Shown here piece after piece: positions 9,853-20,900 of a DNA stretch of 44,564 bases. This DNA comes from a virus. Its lineage: Duplodnaviria; Caudoviricetes. The DNA lies in the IMG/VR virus record IMGVR_UViG_3300031655_000011, positions 1 to 44,564 of that record; one strand, 5' to 3'. Numbering within the stretch: the stretch's first letter is position 1; each line of letters starts with the position of its first letter. The notes under the pieces were generated by a model. The model worked only from the letters and a program-made list of their open reading frames with translations, made no database searches and was not told where the DNA came from. Position numbers and translations under genes: made by a program.

Positions 9853-10551
9853 ATGGGAACTTTGACGCTAGGCGATATAAGAAGTCAGATCAAGCTTGCG
9901 CTTGGCAATCGTGAAGATTTAGATGAGCATATAAACTCTCTGATCAACACCTGTCAAATGCGTTTAGCTAGATTCTTTGACTTTGAGGAAATGATTTCTA
10001 CGGGAGATTTAGCTATTGCTTATTCCGCAGATAGTCTAGCTGATGCGTCAATTTCCTTACCAACCTATACTAGAGATGTTCATAGCATCTCTATTATAGA
10101 TGGTACGTCTTATTATAGTGTACAAGCTGTTGATAGACGTACATGGAAGACAAGATATTATAACGCAATAGTAAGTAGTACAACTAGTAGACCTACTCAG
10201 TATTGTGTTTTTGCAAACATTATTGAAATTTTTCCAGCTCCCGATAAAGCATACACGGCAAAGCTGAGAAGAAGTACATGGCCTTTAGATTTAACAACTG
10301 ATGAAAGCAAGTCTCAGTTAAGCCAAAAAGATGATTTACTAATAGCTCTTACAATCTGTTGGACACTATTTCACTTAAATAATACAGAGAGAGCAAATGC
10401 TTACTGGGCTATATTTAAGTCAATGGTCAAAGAGGCTGTTGATTCACAAACAGTTAAACCCGATTTATATCAAAAGTTAGATTCTGTAAGTCCGATACAA
10501 TCACAGTATTGGAAAGATCCTTTTGTAAGAAACCTAAGCTACGGATCATAA
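9853..10551 (+). CDS. Head-tail adaptor (tail tubular A-like)
   Basis: RPTQYCV and IEIFPAPDKAY motifs; position after capsid genes. Confidence 0.75.
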   Translation: MGTLTLGDIRSQIKLALGNREDLDEHINSLINTCQMRLARFFDFEEMISTGDLAIAYSADSLADASISLPTYTRDVHSISIIDGTSYYSVQAVDRRTWKTRYYNAIVSSTTSRPTQYCVFANIIEIFPAPDKAYTAKLRRSTWPLDLTTDESKSQLSQKDDLLIALTICWTLFHLNNTERANAYWAIFKSMVKEAVDSQTVKPDLYQKLDSVSPIQSQYWKDPFVRNLSYGS

Positions 10552-11946
10552 ATGGCTAATAAATATCCAAATTCAGAGGCAACTCCAGCTAACACCGATG
10601 ACGCGTTAGAAGGCCCGCAAAGGATTAGAGAAATAAAGCAAGCGTATAATGAGCGTTTGTCTAGAGATCATATTATAGGTGGTGTTACTAGCCCAGATGT
10701 AATTGCACAAGGGGCAGATAGTAATGACTCAGGGTATCATAGACGCTTAACTATAAAAGAAGAGACATCTGCTAAAGGTAGCGAAGCTAATACACGTTTA
10801 AATGGTAGTAATACTGGAATAAATGACAGCACTACAGCTAAGATGGCTGAAGTTTGGGTAGAAAAACATTCTGGCACAGGCGACGAAACTTCTATTTGTT
10901 TTATTGGAACTGAAGGGGCTGGAAATCATAGATATGTTGCAACTACTACGCAGACACAAACACTTACAAATAAAACATTAACTGCTCCAGTTATTAATGA
11001 TGCAACACTCTCAGGAGGTTCTGGTAGTATAAATGGAGTTGCTATTGGGACACGAGCGGCAGATGCAGGAGCAGATCCCGCAGTAACAGCAGGTGCAGCG
11101 GCTGGTAAATTTACTACTCTTGAGTCAACAGGAAATACTATTATAGGCGGTGCAGATACAGATACACTTGTACTAAAAGCGGCTACATCTGGTCTTAGTT
11201 CAGATGAGAGTGGATATGCTGGAGCTAATAAATTTTATGCCGGACTTGCCGGTGAGGTTAGAATGTTTGCTGGAGGTTCTGCTCCTTCTGGATGGTTATT
11301 GTGTGATGGGTCTCAATATGTAAAAGCAGATAAAGCTGAACTTTACGCAGTTATAGGTGATATTTATAATGCGCCTGGTAATAGCGTAAATTCTGGCTCA
11401 TACGCTAACTATATTGCTAGTAGTTCTTATTTTAGAGTACCTGACATGAGAGGTCGCATACCTATTGGGGCTGGAACTGGAAAAGCTTCTTATACTACTG
11501 CGGGTGCGGATGGGTTGCATCCCTCAGAAACTCTGACAGCAAGAACTCTAGGTGATTACGGAGCTGATGAGACTCATAAATTAACAGCCGGTGAAAGTGG
11601 AGCAGGACCGCACTATCATGCTGTAGATCCTCAAGCTCATACACATGGGGTAGCAACTTTTACTGATTATAATCCTGATCAGTTTAGTACACGGAATGGG
11701 ATTACAAATAGCTTTTTTGCAACTAACGGCTCTACAACTGGCTGGAGAGCAGATCCAGTCTATGATACTACTTCAGTTACCACAACCATAAAAGCAAGTG
11801 GATCATTGGATACTACAGAAGCAGATGAGACGAATTCTAATGCTTTCAGAGTAGATAAGACTGACTTAAATTCTGGGGTAAAAGCCGCAAGCTCGCATAC
11901 TCAGATGCAACCGTTTCTTGTAATGAACTATATTATTAAATACTAA
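10552..11946 (+). CDS. Tail fibre with phage tail-collar domain
   Basis: GEVRMFAGGSAPSGWLLCDG, FRVPDMRGRIPIGAG, C-terminal QPFLVMNYIIKY. Confidence 0.9.
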   Translation: MANKYPNSEATPANTDDALEGPQRIREIKQAYNERLSRDHIIGGVTSPDVIAQGADSNDSGYHRRLTIKEETSAKGSEANTRLNGSNTGINDSTTAKMAEVWVEKHSGTGDETSICFIGTEGAGNHRYVATTTQTQTLTNKTLTAPVINDATLSGGSGSINGVAIGTRAADAGADPAVTAGAAAGKFTTLESTGNTIIGGADTDTLVLKAATSGLSSDESGYAGANKFYAGLAGEVRMFAGGSAPSGWLLCDGSQYVKADKAELYAVIGDIYNAPGNSVNSGSYANYIASSSYFRVPDMRGRIPIGAGTGKASYTTAGADGLHPSETLTARTLGDYGADETHKLTAGESGAGPHYHAVDPQAHTHGVATFTDYNPDQFSTRNGITNSFFATNGSTTGWRADPVYDTTSVTTTIKASGSLDTTEADETNSNAFRVDKTDLNSGVKAASSHTQMQPFLVMNYIIKY

Positions 11947-12230
11947 TGCTGACCAGAAACCTTAGCATAACACAAGGATGGTCTCAGGTAGATTTATCTG
12001 AAAGTTCTGACCCTAAAGAAGCACTAGCAAAGTATATAGAAGAAACAGATCAAAGGTTTAGAGATATTTTAAATTGGCTAGAAAGATTAGCAGTTCCAGA
12101 GTATACAACAACAGAAAGAAACTCAATAGATTCGCCAGAAAATGGGCAAATGATTTATAACAGTACAACAAATAGGTTTGAAATAAGACAGGCTGGTGCT
12201 TGGAAATACTTAACTTTAACTAATGTGTAA
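11946..12230 (+). CDS. Small tail-associated protein
   Basis: TTTERNSIDSPENGQMIYNSTT motif typical of virion fibre proteins. Confidence 0.65.
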   Translation: MLTRNLSITQGWSQVDLSESSDPKEALAKYIEETDQRFRDILNWLERLAVPEYTTTERNSIDSPENGQMIYNSTTNRFEIRQAGAWKYLTLTNV

Positions 12231-14380
12231 TGGCTGAAGACTCAAAAACAGAACCAGTAGGAACGCAATACAAGTTCATTGATAGCTTTACTGAAGGTAT
12301 TCGTAAAGATCAAAGATCTGATGCGTTGCCAGATGGTGGGGCTTTAGAAGCTAAGAACGTAACTATCAGAGATGGTATTGTTGCTGTTGATACAGGTTAT
12401 GCTCAGTTTATGTCTGATATTGAAGGCTCTCCACAGGCAGTCTTTTCACTTAACTATGCAAATGGGTCTACTGATTTGATCCTTGTTACAACTGAGACAG
12501 TGTTTGAGAGATTGTCAGGTCAGTGGGTATATTCTATTGAATCTGATGGTACTAACATTCACAGAACTACGTTGACTGCCCTTTCAGCAAAAGATGCTAC
12601 GGTTATTAATGTTGCATCTGCTACAGGTATGGCTGTAGGAGGTAAGATTGGAGTGCGATACTTGACTTCAGCAAACAACGCTATTACAGCTACTACAAAA
12701 GGAACAACTTCAACGTATCGAGTAGCGGGCGAAGTAGTAGTTAATGTTAATAATGTAATAGTAGTTACTGGATATTCTGTTGCTGGTTGGAACGTGGAGC
12801 AGACAGTTGTAAGTTCTACAGTAGCCGCAGGATCGACACATACTGATATTGTAACAAGCTTAAATAGCTCAAGTTTTGCTAATACTACTGCAACATCTCC
12901 TAAGCTTGAAAAGTTTGGCAGATCTCAAGAACACAAGACTACAATAGCTGGCATAAATTCATTAGCTATTACTTTAACAGATGGATTACCTAACAGAGCT
13001 TTAAAGCTTGCAGGTGTTATCTTACCAATAACATTGGCTGGTTCTTCTAGTTACATACCAGATCATGTTGTAGTACCTAACTGGAAGCTTGCAATAACAG
13101 GCAGTGTAAATGCATTACAAGATGGTACTGCTGTTGTAACTAATTATTTAGATAGACCGATATTAATATGTAAAGGGGCTGGTGGAACTACTGTAAGATT
13201 CATGTCAATGAGTAAGATTACAGTATCGCCTTTCTTAGATAACTCTGGGGATTTAACAACATTCAAAGCTAAGACTGTTGCATTATTTAATAACAAGCTG
13301 ATTTTTGGTCGATGTAGCGAGTCTGGTAATAATTTCAATTCTAGAGTTAGGATGAGTGCCGCAGGACTCCATGAGAATTTTACGTCAGAAGATGGCGGAG
13401 AAGTATATGATCTAGGAGATGGTGACAGTAATATTCAATCTATTAGAGTTCTTGGCAAGCTTCTGATAGTATACAAAAGAGGTATCATATACCGAGGTGA
13501 CTACATTGCAAGTGTCAATGCTTCTACAAGGTTTCAGACTACTATTACTAATGAGGGTGCTGTAAGCACTCATGCTGTTGTTAGTGTGCCTGGTAAGCAT
13601 TATGTTGTAGGATCTAAGAATGTGTATGAGTATACTGGGGGAATGTCTTTAACTAACATTGGGGATCCTATTAGAGAGGATTTATTTTCTCCTAACAGGT
13701 TTGCTAATATAACAATGAAAGAATTTATACATTGTTCGTATGATCCAGAGTTGCAAGAGTTTTTACTTTTTTATCCAGAAGGTACTATTAGAGGAATGCG
13801 TAAGGCTTTCCGATATTCTGAGCAATACAAAGCTTGGACTGCCAGAGCTTATACACACTATTTTAATTTTGCTACAAGCTTTCGGTCTTCTGAAACACTA
13901 ACTTGGGGTCAGTTAGAGCATCCGTGGACTAAGTATAATCAGCCATGGATTAGTGCTTTCTTTGTTGATGAGAAGTTGCATAGATTTTTTCTAGGGCAAG
14001 GCAAGTTCATTGGACCTACTGGCAATGTAGAAACAACGCCAAATTATGTATATGATGCTAATACAATGGCTACAAAAGATGGTCAATACGCAATACCATG
14101 GCAGTATGATACTAAAGACTTTTATTTGCCTAATAGTTTTATTAGAATAGATTTTTTAGATTTGTATACAAGAGGAGATGATGTTACATTATGGTACTCA
14201 GAGGATCTTGGTAATCTTTGGAATAGAGTTAGGGCACTTGAGCCTAAGAGTGCTTTAGGGCAAGAGCGAGTGCATTTAAACAAAGCATCAAAACGCATAC
14301 GTTTTAGGCTTAAAGGTAGCAGTACAAATTTTCAACTTGGGTGGGCAGGATTCTCCTACACTCCCGAATTTTCTTGGTAA
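12230..14380 (+). CDS. Tail nozzle / DNA-stabilisation protein (P22 gp10 / T7 gp12-like)
   Basis: 716 aa beta-rich; LIVYKRGIIY; C-terminal RIRFRLKG; position before ejection proteins. Confidence 0.75.
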   Translation: MAEDSKTEPVGTQYKFIDSFTEGIRKDQRSDALPDGGALEAKNVTIRDGIVAVDTGYAQFMSDIEGSPQAVFSLNYANGSTDLILVTTETVFERLSGQWVYSIESDGTNIHRTTLTALSAKDATVINVASATGMAVGGKIGVRYLTSANNAITATTKGTTSTYRVAGEVVVNVNNVIVVTGYSVAGWNVEQTVVSSTVAAGSTHTDIVTSLNSSSFANTTATSPKLEKFGRSQEHKTTIAGINSLAITLTDGLPNRALKLAGVILPITLAGSSSYIPDHVVVPNWKLAITGSVNALQDGTAVVTNYLDRPILICKGAGGTTVRFMSMSKITVSPFLDNSGDLTTFKAKTVALFNNKLIFGRCSESGNNFNSRVRMSAAGLHENFTSEDGGEVYDLGDGDSNIQSIRVLGKLLIVYKRGIIYRGDYIASVNASTRFQTTITNEGAVSTHAVVSVPGKHYVVGSKNVYEYTGGMSLTNIGDPIREDLFSPNRFANITMKEFIHCSYDPELQEFLLFYPEGTIRGMRKAFRYSEQYKAWTARAYTHYFNFATSFRSSETLTWGQLEHPWTKYNQPWISAFFVDEKLHRFFLGQGKFIGPTGNVETTPNYVYDANTMATKDGQYAIPWQYDTKDFYLPNSFIRIDFLDLYTRGDDVTLWYSEDLGNLWNRVRALEPKSALGQERVHLNKASKRIRFRLKGSSTNFQLGWAGFSYTPEFSW

Positions 14381-14382
14381 TC

Positions 14383-14395
14383 TTCGACAGTCGAA
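14383..14395. promoter_or_regulatory. Palindrome TTCGACAGTCGAA (copy 1 of a dispersed family)
   Basis: Perfect 6-1-6 palindrome in a 27-bp intergenic gap. Confidence 0.55.
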
Positions 14396-14407
14396 TATTG
14401 GAGTTAT

Positions 14408-15790
14408 ATGAGTTTAGGTGAACAATTTATGACAATGCTGGGAGCTACAAAAGGATCGTCTAGTACCCAAAGAGTAAATCAACAAACTGAAGGCCAGCAA
14501 GAACTTTGGCAAAGCACGTTAGATGATTATAAAAATTTAGAGTATAAGAGTGGTGGTGAGTACAACTCTGGCAAAGGTGAAGATGAGTTAGAAGGTTTTA
14601 AAAATACATCTTTTGACCAACTAAGAAAGCTAAAAGATGAAGGTAGACTTAGTCTTGATGGTTTAAATAAACTTAGAAATTATGGAGCAACTGCGGCAAC
14701 ACAAGTTAGACCTGACGTAGAAGCACTCCGTAATTCATCAGATAATGCATGGTCTGGCTATGATAATCAACTAGCAGAGACAACAAGAGAAGCTAGGGTA
14801 AAGTTGAATGAAGCTGATGTAGCCTCACGTCGGGGTGCAGGATCTACTGGAGGAACTGCGTTAGCTAGATTGGGTAAAGTAAATGTAGAGAATTATGGTA
14901 GAACAGTAGGAGGAGCGACTGCAAGAGCCGTAGAACAGTCAGCTATACAGAGACAACAGTTGCAAATGCAAGGCAGAATGCAAGCAGGTCAGCTTTCTCT
15001 TGGTGCTTCACAGCAAGGATTGCAGGGATTGCAAGGAGCAGGACAGCTTGAGTTAGGTCAATTAGGATTAACTGCACAGGATCTAGCATCTAGAAGAAAC
15101 CAAGACTTTGGGGAAAGGCAGTTTAGTGCTAATAATGAAATGGATCGAGCAAGATACGGAGAGCAACAAGCACAATCTAAGAACTTATATTATCAGAATG
15201 AAGCTAATAATGCTAACCAATTTCAGCTAAACAGATTGAGAGATCAAACAGCCGCGGCTAATGTAAGAACATTTGAAGATGTTAAAACTATTAAAAAAGG
15301 TAATGCTGGACTAGGTGGTGCTCTCTTAACAGCAGGTGGAGCAATAGCTGGTGGATATCTAGGAGGACCGGCTGGAGCATCTGCTGGGGCATCTTTTGGA
15401 GGATCTTTATCAAGTCAATGGTCAGGTGGCGCACCAGACAATTATTCAGGAATGGTTAACGCTGGAGTGACAGCTTATAATTCTGGCGAAGGCAAGTGGG
15501 GAGGTTCTGGGTATAACCAGACACCAACTAATTCTGGTTATACTCAACCAAAAGGATACGGTGCTAACCCAAGTGGCGGAGAGTTTGGAGGTACTGGCAA
15601 TTATGGGCCAGGTTCTTTTAATACTAGTGCTTCTTATAATCCGTATGATGATGGTTGGTCAAACAAGAATGTAATGAATGATGCACCTAGTTCGTATAAT
15701 ACATCAGGAGATCGTTCTCCTTGGTGGCTACAAGCGCAAGAGCAAGCATATCGTAACCATCAATTGAAGCAATTGCAATACACAGGTTAA
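14408..15790 (+). CDS. DNA ejection/pilot protein (putative)
   Basis: Q/G-rich; glycine zipper GAIAGGYLGGPAGASAGASFGG; position. Confidence 0.7.
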   Translation: MSLGEQFMTMLGATKGSSSTQRVNQQTEGQQELWQSTLDDYKNLEYKSGGEYNSGKGEDELEGFKNTSFDQLRKLKDEGRLSLDGLNKLRNYGATAATQVRPDVEALRNSSDNAWSGYDNQLAETTREARVKLNEADVASRRGAGSTGGTALARLGKVNVENYGRTVGGATARAVEQSAIQRQQLQMQGRMQAGQLSLGASQQGLQGLQGAGQLELGQLGLTAQDLASRRNQDFGERQFSANNEMDRARYGEQQAQSKNLYYQNEANNANQFQLNRLRDQTAAANVRTFEDVKTIKKGNAGLGGALLTAGGAIAGGYLGGPAGASAGASFGGSLSSQWSGGAPDNYSGMVNAGVTAYNSGEGKWGGSGYNQTPTNSGYTQPKGYGANPSGGEFGGTGNYGPGSFNTSASYNPYDDGWSNKNVMNDAPSSYNTSGDRSPWWLQAQEQAYRNHQLKQLQYTG

Positions 15791-15793
15791 TCT

Positions 15794-17998
15794 ATGGTAC
15801 AAGTAATACGAGAAGAATCTGATGAAGAAGTTTGGCAAAAGCCCTTACGAGAAGCTATTGTCAACATAGGTAATTCATGGGCTGGTGCAACTGTTAGAAA
15901 GCAAAACCATGCCGCAGAGTATGCTAAGAATGCCGCTAACAGGGCGCATGAAACTTATATGAATCAGCTTAGGATTAATAGTAGTGAAAAGATTTCCAGT
16001 AATAATCTGAAAGCACAACAAGCTAGGAATAAGACGCTAGACGCACAGAATGAAAAGTCTTTTGCACTACAAGAATCAAAATTTAACCATACTGAAAAGC
16101 TCTATAACTACCAAAAAAATCTTGATCAAATTGATGTTGATGCAACAGGTGCTATTATAGAACTAGCAGACAGGCAAGCAGAATTTCGTATGAGTAAAAC
16201 TGGTCTTATAGAGCCAGTACCAATAGAGAAAGCCTATTTAAAAAAGGCTATGGCTACTATATATAAATCTGCGGCTGTTGGTAATAGCTATCGTACTGAA
16301 CTAAAGGGAAATAAAGAAAGGCAAAATGTTATAGCTGGTAGGTTACAAATGTTACAGTCTTTGCGTACAACTCATGGTGACGGTATTATTTCTAAGATGA
16401 TAAATGGAGGAGAGGCTTTTGATGCTTTTAAGATAGCAGAATTGAGCGGTCAAAAGGGTACTGAGGGTTACGCTAAACTGCAAAGCCTAAGCAGAATAGT
16501 ACAGGATGATGCGCAATGGCAATCTATACTAAAATCTTATAAAGTAACGGCCGCCTCAGGCAGTGGCGTTGATGGATTTAAAGGCAAGCAACTTGAAAAA
16601 TTTACTGAGCATGGAAAATTTCTTGTCCAGATTGGAGGAGATGAAACTACAACTCCATTTAATATTGCAAACAATAGGCAAATAGGATTAGTTGATCTGT
16701 GGGGTAAGCAGACCAAAACGTTTAACAGGCTTGGAAGCTCTGACCGGACTGATTTAAAATCTGTTTTAGGTGCAGTTAATAACCTAGAATTTAGCATAGA
16801 TTCAAATGCACAAAGAGGTCTTCTTCAAATTGGCTCGGCCTTTAGTAATTTTGCTCAAAAACATAGGGTTGTTTTTTCAAATCCAGAGGGTATAACTAAC
16901 TCGATATTAGGAAGAGTGACAAAAGTAGCGCAAAATGGACCAGATAAAATACCCACAGAAGAGATTGACAAAAGCATCCATCGATTAATATTTGAAGAGG
17001 GTGATATACAAAATAAAGCAAAAGAAGCCAAAAACTTAATGAAAGAGTTTATAAGCGGGGCTAATTTATTTCAGGCTAATCGTCCTGGAATTGTCTCTGC
17101 TATAAATGGCGATAAACGTGACTTAAAAGGACTAAAAGCAGAAATTACTGACTATGATAAAGTTGTAGAGGCAGATGCTGATACAAGAAGAGAGGCAGAA
17201 GATACACCTCTTATAGGTAAGGTGAGGAAGCAGGGTATTATTGATAGTATTTTTGGTGACAAGCAGGCTTATGCAAATAGTGATATGCAAGATACTAAAT
17301 CTGCTACAATACAAGATATGGTAAAAGAGGATGGACTTGCCGATCAACGTGTTGGCGGGGGTTTAGGTTGGTTAACTAAATCTGGAACAGTAAGCGAACT
17401 AAAAGGCAACGCTACTATTAATATGAAGGATGTTAATATAAGAGATGCTAATACAATTATGTTTGCAGGCAGATTAAACACGCCCGAGGAAAAATGGTAT
17501 AATATGAAGTTTAAAGAGATGCGGAAACACGCTGCCGGAAGATATGCAGGTCAAGAAGAAAATAGAACAGGCAAAAGGCTAGGAGCTTTTTATGCATCTA
17601 ATCAAAAAATGGCAGAGATTCAAATGCTATCTAATGCGACTGTTGTTAAGCAACTTTTTCACCCTGATGGGAGACCCAAAAATTGGCATAGTGGTGTAAT
17701 GGTTGACAGGGCAGGCAGTACACCGCTAGACTACGATACAATTATGAATAGTGATATAACACCGGAAGTACGGAAACAGTTTGAGTTAATCTTTAAGTAT
17801 TTAGCTTTAGATAAAAGTGAAAAAGATAACTTGTACGGAGAGACTGGTGATTATGATATAGGCGATAGACTGGCTAATTTAGCTAAAGCAACAGGATATG
17901 ATTATGATGTAAGCACCAAAAAGACGAGCAAAAGAGACGGAGAATATAGCTTTAATATAAATAATGAAGATCATGCACAATATGGAATTATGCTATGA
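15794..17998 (+). CDS. Internal virion/ejection protein (putative)
   Basis: 734-aa helical protein between pilot and large virion protein. Confidence 0.65.
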   Translation: MVQVIREESDEEVWQKPLREAIVNIGNSWAGATVRKQNHAAEYAKNAANRAHETYMNQLRINSSEKISSNNLKAQQARNKTLDAQNEKSFALQESKFNHTEKLYNYQKNLDQIDVDATGAIIELADRQAEFRMSKTGLIEPVPIEKAYLKKAMATIYKSAAVGNSYRTELKGNKERQNVIAGRLQMLQSLRTTHGDGIISKMINGGEAFDAFKIAELSGQKGTEGYAKLQSLSRIVQDDAQWQSILKSYKVTAASGSGVDGFKGKQLEKFTEHGKFLVQIGGDETTTPFNIANNRQIGLVDLWGKQTKTFNRLGSSDRTDLKSVLGAVNNLEFSIDSNAQRGLLQIGSAFSNFAQKHRVVFSNPEGITNSILGRVTKVAQNGPDKIPTEEIDKSIHRLIFEEGDIQNKAKEAKNLMKEFISGANLFQANRPGIVSAINGDKRDLKGLKAEITDYDKVVEADADTRREAEDTPLIGKVRKQGIIDSIFGDKQAYANSDMQDTKSATIQDMVKEDGLADQRVGGGLGWLTKSGTVSELKGNATINMKDVNIRDANTIMFAGRLNTPEEKWYNMKFKEMRKHAAGRYAGQEENRTGKRLGAFYASNQKMAEIQMLSNATVVKQLFHPDGRPKNWHSGVMVDRAGSTPLDYDTIMNSDITPEVRKQFELIFKYLALDKSEKDNLYGETGDYDIGDRLANLAKATGYDYDVSTKKTSKRDGEYSFNINNEDHAQYGIML

Positions 17999-20900
17999 AA
18001 ACATCAGACTTTGAGCAGATTCCACAAACTCGGCCTAACACTACTCCAAGAGAGCAGGAGATGTCTGCGTTTGAGAGGGCTTTATTAACGGAAAGCCCGC
18101 AAGACGATGGGCCTGGTTGGATTAGTAGGAACTGGGATAGGCTTGCTTTTAAGAATGCTAAGCCAGGAGACTCAATGGCTCAAAGCCTTTGGAAAGAAGG
18201 TAGTGAAGCTGGCTCTAGTTTTATGGCTGGACTTGCTAGAGGTGGTTATACTTATGCAACAGCCGCAAAAAACTCTGCTGAGTATATTGCAGATAAAGCC
18301 GGTTTACAGTTTGATGCAAAAGAAAATTTTTTAGCGGCAGCTCAGAATAAGTTTCAGAATATGCAAATGGAGCCTACAACAGAAGAGTGGGAAGATCAGT
18401 TATTTTATTTGCTAGGCCAGCTTGCTCCAGACGTAGCCACACTTGTTGCTGGTGGGGGCATTCTTGGAGCCGGACTATCACTGGGAGTAAGAGCCGCAGG
18501 TTTCTCTAAGAGTGCCGCAGGGATTGCAACTATATTAGGTCGCATTACAGGTGATGTAGCAATTAACACTACACAAGTATTAGCTCATGAAGCCGCACAG
18601 GCAGAGTTAGATGGGCGAGAGGCAGAGTATGGAAGAGCAGGTAAAGATGCTCTTGTTATGGCCGCTTTGATGAGTACAACTGGGAGAGCCGCGAAAGCAT
18701 TTGGGCTTAGTCGTAAGTCTACATCAATTCTTACTGGTACTACACTAGGAGGAGCTACTTCTCTTTATTATGATGATGATGATCCTGCAAAAGGAGATGC
18801 AGTAGTTGCTAATGGAGTGCTAGGAGCTATGTTTGGATTAGCTATTCCGCAGACAAGTAGGGTTGGTTCTGCTGACATACAAGCATGGGTAAAATTAAGA
18901 AAACAAGCCGCTAATGTTCCTAAGACTATAACAGAATGGACACAAGCATATGTTAAAGAGTTTGCGCCAAAGACTCACGAAAAAGTTTTTGAGCATGAGC
19001 CTAAAAGAGAAGAGAAGTTGTATAGGGGTCATTGGAATGATGCAGAACACATGAGTCCTAAAGATGAATTTCTTTTGTTTCTGAGCCAAGCCAGCAAAAA
19101 GAATGTTTTTGGCTACAGTGATGCAAACATAATGCAACTAATAGCAGAGACAAGCACAGATCATCAGTTAGGTGCATACAAGCTAGTAACAGATCCTTCA
19201 AATCCTACTGCGCCAGGTGGTGGCAGACAACAGCCGTTTGAGATAAGAACTGGTACTAACAAAGCTATGCAACTAAAAGAGGCAAAAGTCTTGATGGATG
19301 CTATGAATGAGACTGATTCTGTTTGGCGGAAAGATCATCCTAGCTATGAGTCTAGAGTTGGTCAGCCAGATACATCAAAAGCTGGGCCACAGTATCAAAC
19401 TAGACTTAATCTGAAGAAGACAAAAGAAGGCAGTAAGCAACGTAAAGAAGGTATTTTAGCAACAGATGCAGACAAGAAAAATCAAAAGTTACAAGCACAT
19501 GAGCTAAGCTGGAAAGAGTATAGTGCATTAGAAGGAGATACGCCTCAGACGAAAGAGCTTCATAAGAAAGCAGTTATTGATGCGGGTAACAAGTATGATC
19601 CAGCGGAGCGCGGAAAGAAGAAGTCATGGCCTAACAAGGGTGCGTTAATTGAGCATGAATTGTGGGATGATTTTAGTTATATACACTCTAGACCTAAAGG
19701 TGGATTCAAGAAGCAAGGAGCCGCAGAGACTGGGCGCGCATTAGCTAACAGAACAAAAGAAACAATGCAGAGTAATGCTCAAGAGGCGCATGATGCTGTT
19801 AGAAAAGTATTAGCTGAAAACCAGCCTGGCTGGATAGATACTGTGTATAAGTGGCTTGTAGATCCGGGTGGTCGAATTCTGAATACTTTGGAAGAAAGAG
19901 GAATGGTACCAGTACGGAACGCATTACAGTTACAATCGTTAAAGAAAGGTAAAGTAGAGCAAAAACTTAGAGAGCTTGATGAGGGTCTTGATTTTTGGAG
20001 AATGAGTAGTGACGAAGATAACACAATAGCTTCTTATATATTCCTAAATGCAGAAGTTGACAATGTGAAAAGACTTGGGCATGATCCTGCTGTAGCAAGA
20101 AATATAGAACAAAGACCCGAGGTTATCGGCCCAGCTTTAGCCGCTTTGAGAGAAGATGCCGCTAGGCTTCCAGGAGGTTGGGAAGGTATGCAGAAGAAAA
20201 TAACAATGGTAGAAAATGTATTTGCTGATATGTTTGAAATTATGGCAGATGCTGGTTTAGTAGGTAAAAAGACTTATGAAATACTAAAAGACTATAAGTA
20301 TGTACCTATGAAGACTATTACAGAAGCTATGAAAAAGTACCAGAAGTATATACTTCAAGTGCAAAAGAAGAATGGTAAGTTAGATGTAGTTGATAATGCT
20401 ATCCACGATTTGGCACAAGATGCCTCATTAAAAGGTAAGCATACTAACTTAGAGTCTCTTATGAAAGAACACATCTCTACGGTGTATTCGTTAGTAGCAA
20501 AGAATGAGTTATTCAGTGAGATGGTAAAGATAGACTCTGATTTATGGACACAAAAAAAGCCAGGCAAAAGATTGGGTGAGTCAGAAGATCCTGATGTAAA
20601 TTACACAGAACATACTTATATGAAAGATGGGGAACCTACGCCTATCTGGATAGAAAATAAAATATCTTCTTTGCTAGATGCAAAAGCTGATGCGGGCTTT
20701 GATCCGAAAATGAAAGCAGTTCTAAGATTTATTTCTGGTGTACAACCTATCCAAGTGACAGCCGTAGCTGTTAACCCTGTATTTGCAGTGGCTACACATC
20801 CTCTTGACTTATGGAGTATTGCACAACATCATCAATCTTTGCCTAGTGTGCCTACTATAATTAAAGATATGTACATACATAATTCTGTTACAGGCGCAGT

